Assembly (NCBI GenBank): GCA_964016885.1
Contig: OZ024754.1
Coordinates: 2,542,001-2,606,000 of the forward strand
Reading direction: 5' to 3'
Source of the DNA: Eledone cirrhosa
Taxonomy: Eukaryota
DNA: 64,000 nt
Under the pieces are notes generated by a model. It ran no database searches. It saw nothing but the letters and a program-made list of their open reading frames with translations, and was not told where the DNA came from. Below, piece after piece: positions 59,462 to 64,000 of this stretch. Position numbers and translations under genes: made by a program. Every line of letters begins with the position of its first letter. Positions within the stretch are counted from its first letter, which is position 1.

Positions 59462-59922
59462 GTGGATTGGCAGTATCGGTAGAAGGTCGGACGCCATGCT
59501 TTCCAGCATAGTTAGGTCCCTTTACGTTCTGAGTTCAAATCCCGCCGAGGTTGACTTTGCTTTTCACCCTTACGGGGTCGATAAAATAAAGTACCAGTAA
59601 TGCACTGGGTTATGGCTGGCCTTGTGCCTAAAGTAGACACAATTATTTCTCTGAGTTCAAACCCCGCCGAGGTTAACTTTGCCTTTCATCCTTACGGGGT
59701 CGATAAAATAAAGTACCAGTAATACACTGGCATAATTGCTGGCCTTGTGTCTAAAAGTAGAAATAATTATTTCTTCGTGCATAGTTATGTCCCTTTATGA
59801 TCTGATTTCAAATCCCGCCGAGGTTAACTTTGCCTTTCATCCATACGGGGTCGATAAAATAAAGTACCAGTAATATACTGGGTATTTGCTGGCCTTGTGC
59901 CAAAAACTAGAAACAATTATTT
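59462..59922 (+). mobile_element. Tandem trimer of SINE A (59462-59648, 59650-59772, 59777-59922)
   Basis: Three consecutive units, each ending aattatttct. The second and third are 5'-truncated. Confidence 0.9.
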
Positions 59923-59972
59923 CTTCGCCATTTCTCTTGTGTTCTTTCTTTTATTTTGACATCCTGTGTGTG

Positions 59973-60021
<49 letters not shown>

Positions 60022-60042
60022 ATGTTGTATTACACACACACA

Positions 60043-60097
<55 letters not shown>

Positions 60098-60210
60098 ACA
60101 TATATATATATATATGTGTGTGTATTCAGTAGGTTGTTTTGGTAAAAATACAGGAATATATATATATATATATAACATTTTATATATATGAATAGATATA
60201 TTCAAAGAAT

Positions 60211-60258
<48 letters not shown>

Positions 60259-60260
60259 AC

Positions 60261-60298
<38 letters not shown>

Positions 60299-60791
60299 AT
60301 TCAGTAGGTTGTTTTGGTAAAAATACAGGAATATATATATATATATATATGTATATGGGGGTGGGGTGACTCTATTTATCTATCAACTGATTTTTTATCT
60401 TTCACTCGTAACTCGTCCTTGAAAACAACCATTCTCGCAGCTATATCCACTTTCTACAATGAAAACCTTTCTCACGTTTCTGGTCCCCTTGCCCTCTCTT
60501 TACCATAAAAACCATCTTTAACAAATCAAACAAAACAACTAACAAATATCGTTCGCTGATGAGAGATCTGCTTCCCATAAATTACAGAGTCATTTCGGAA
60601 CCTTAAATTAAGAGAAAAGGCAATCCATGGTAAAAAAAAACCCATTACTATTAGAGAGACGCCCCAAGCGTGGCAATCCTGTCTTAGGTGTACCGTAATT
60701 AGTTATAAACAAACCTATCAACACCCAATCATTCCCGCTCTCTTTCTCTCTCTCCCAATATATATCTCTCTTTTATATTTACGCGTACACA

Positions 60792-60907
<116 letters not shown>

Positions 60908-61112
60908 GCGAGAGAGAGAGAGAGAGAGCGAGAGATCTGTTTACCCTTAAAGCCATTACAAGTCATATTCTGTAAACTTCCTCCATCTTTCCTATACATA
61001 CACACTACACCTATCTATCTATCTGTAACTGTATGTATGTGTAGATATACACACATACATACACACATATATATATATATATACACACATATATATATGT
61101 GTATATTTAGAA

Positions 61113-61210
<98 letters not shown>

Positions 61211-61363
61211 ACATATGTATATATATCTGCATAATATATATATATATATACACACACATATATGTGTATATATATAAGTATTGTTTATATATAGATTGAT
61301 GTATCTATATATACCTGAATAAAACATATATATATATGTATATATATATGTATATATATACAT

Positions 61364-61435
<72 letters not shown>

Positions 61436-61784
61436 CTTCAATTTTCCCCCTGTTAGCCCCCTAACATATTCCTATAACCGGAAACAACGATTACCCCATT
61501 TCTCACCTTTTAATCTTCAGTTAGATTCTTCTTCATCACTTACCGTTTACTCGTCAAATTTCTCTCCTACCGTATTATCTCTCTCTTCATCTTCTACAGC
61601 TTATTTTCTGCAAGTTCCTCTCAACATATATATCTGTTAGTATTCATAGCTGTATGTGGTTACCTATCTTGTAATAAATGGTTCTGGGTCTATGAATACA
61701 CACACACACACAAACATACACACACACACATACACATACACAAAAACACGGACACACACAGACACAAATATATATGTATGTGTT

Positions 61785-62087
<303 letters not shown>

Positions 62088-62224
62088 ACACTCGTATGTT
62101 TAAACATATTATTGCTTGAACTCTGTCTGTTCCGACGATGAGAGTTCGAATGATTTCATAAACATGATCAAGAAATAAACATGCAATTTGCTCAGCTTCA
62201 AACTGCCACGTGTACACTTATGTT

Positions 62225-62605
62225 GTTCAGAGCGGCGTGTCTAAGGAACCGGCTCAGAAGTGCACCGGTTGGTGAGGAGGGCACAGAATTGAGCCACGCG
62301 CCGCAGTTTCGTTGCTTTGGTTGCAAGGTGGAACTGTGATAGGTGAGATCTTATTGGCCCAAGGAAGCTAAACCTGATTTCGTTCCAGTTACACTGGACA
62401 GTTGTCTACTGGGGGACAGTGAGTCCTTCTTTGGCCCAATCGGTTAGAGCTGACTCTAGTTCCCGGATCACGTCAGGTTTTGCCACCCTGCGAAGTACCT
62501 CGGTAATGAGAGTCCAGCTGGATGAGATTGTGGAGGCGATTGAGGACACAGGCCTGCAGTGCCAGGCCAGAAGTGGTAAGCTGGTTATGATATTTTTGCC
62601 CATTA
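62225..62605 (-). mobile_element. CRE-clade (RLE-type) non-LTR retrotransposon fragment, frameshifted
   Basis: GC-richer island. The minus strand gives SSIASTISSSWTLITEVL...QCNWNEIR...CGAWLNSVPSSPTGALL, matching the recalled post-RT GAWLxxxPSSxxGxLL motif of CRE elements. Confidence 0.65.
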
Positions 62606-62997
62606 ATGACTTGTAACTGTGATATTGTAATTAGTCAGAGTATTTCAGGTTTTATGTGCTCCAACTTCTCAAGACTACCTTTTTCTGCATTTTTCTGAAA
62701 ATGCCATCTGCTAATACTCTGTGCCAGGTCTTTATTTATCTACAGATAGTTTATATGGTGTGTGCGCCTCTGTGTGTGTGTGTATGAGGGGGACTACGTT
62801 CTTTAATATCAAAACACAGAGAGAACCATGCAAGATGTTCATTAAACCTCAGTGTGTATATTGATATCGTACCTTGGTTAAATATATTCTGTGAATGATT
62901 TAAAGTAGACAAACAGTTTCCAATTATTTCAAAGTGTTCAGAAAAGAAACGCACATATGTTCTTACATATGGTTACAGTTTATTGGCTTGGCTTCAT

Positions 62998-63046
<49 letters not shown>

Positions 63047-63082
63047 AATTCTTTGAATATATCTATTCATATATATAAAATG

Positions 63083-63128
<46 letters not shown>

Positions 63129-63180
63129 ATAATAATAAATGTGAAGACTAAATATAATAATACATACATATATATATATA

Positions 63181-63275
<95 letters not shown>

Positions 63276-63360
63276 TTATATATGTATGTATATATGTGTG
63301 TCTGTGTATATAAATGCGTGTGTATAATTGTGTGCGTATATATATATATATACATATATG

Positions 63361-63422
<62 letters not shown>

Positions 63423-64000
63423 CAAGGGTTATTCTCACAAAGTTTTCTTTTTTTCCTCTCCCAACAACATGCCCTCTTCTCTATGACAAAGGTTTACGAC
63501 ATCCGAAATATTAAGACATTTCTCTAATTTCTTCTTAACGTTATACAAATATCATAAATTTCTATCCCCTTTCATCAAATAGAAATCTTTATTTCCTTCA
63601 TTATTTATTTTCCTTGTTCAAAGGTTTTGTAAGTAAAGTACAGAGTACTCACAAAAGATAAAATAGGAAAACAAGTTGATTTTTGAAACCGCAGCTGTTA
63701 ATTCAAGAAACTAAACGTACTATCTCTATTTTTTAATTTTATTTTAATTTGTATTTCTATAGCTCCAAGATGGTGGTAACACTAATTAGCAACACTGACA
63801 ATAGCAGACGACATTGCTTTCATCAAGATATTCTTTCTTTTTTTCCTATTATCTTTTCATCTGCTCTCAAACATCAACCACAACAATAACAAGCAATTAA
63901 ATTCGAATTAGATTGTTTGAATAATTATTGTTATTGTTGTTAGCTATAATCTCGACAAGAACTATCAATCGCGGATAGACGATATCTCAACATGGTTCCA

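Overview
AT-rich, microsatellite-saturated animal genomic DNA with one 200-N scaffold gap. The repeat repertoire (Meta-, CORE- and Nin-domain tRNA-SINEs, dense (TA)n/(CA)n/(GA)n/(GATA)n) suggests an octopod cephalopod, which is an inference from recalled family motifs. I cannot support any intact host protein-coding gene. Nearly all ORFs in the track are translated simple repeats. Recognisable mobile elements are about 15 copies of one SINE (often in tandem), other SINEs, a mariner deletion derivative, and remnants of RTE, Tx1/L1 and CRE retrotransposons. The most striking signal is a set of short non-coding elements from several unrelated sequence families, inserted in (TA)n or next to (GT)n tracts. 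They carry minimal type I hammerhead ribozyme motifs (CUGANGA...GAAA, palindromic helix III). Several have an inverted 5' duplication that makes near-perfect palindromes with arms of about 50-187 bp, an architecture typical of Penelope-like pseudo-LTRs. All analysis was by eye, so boundaries are approximate.
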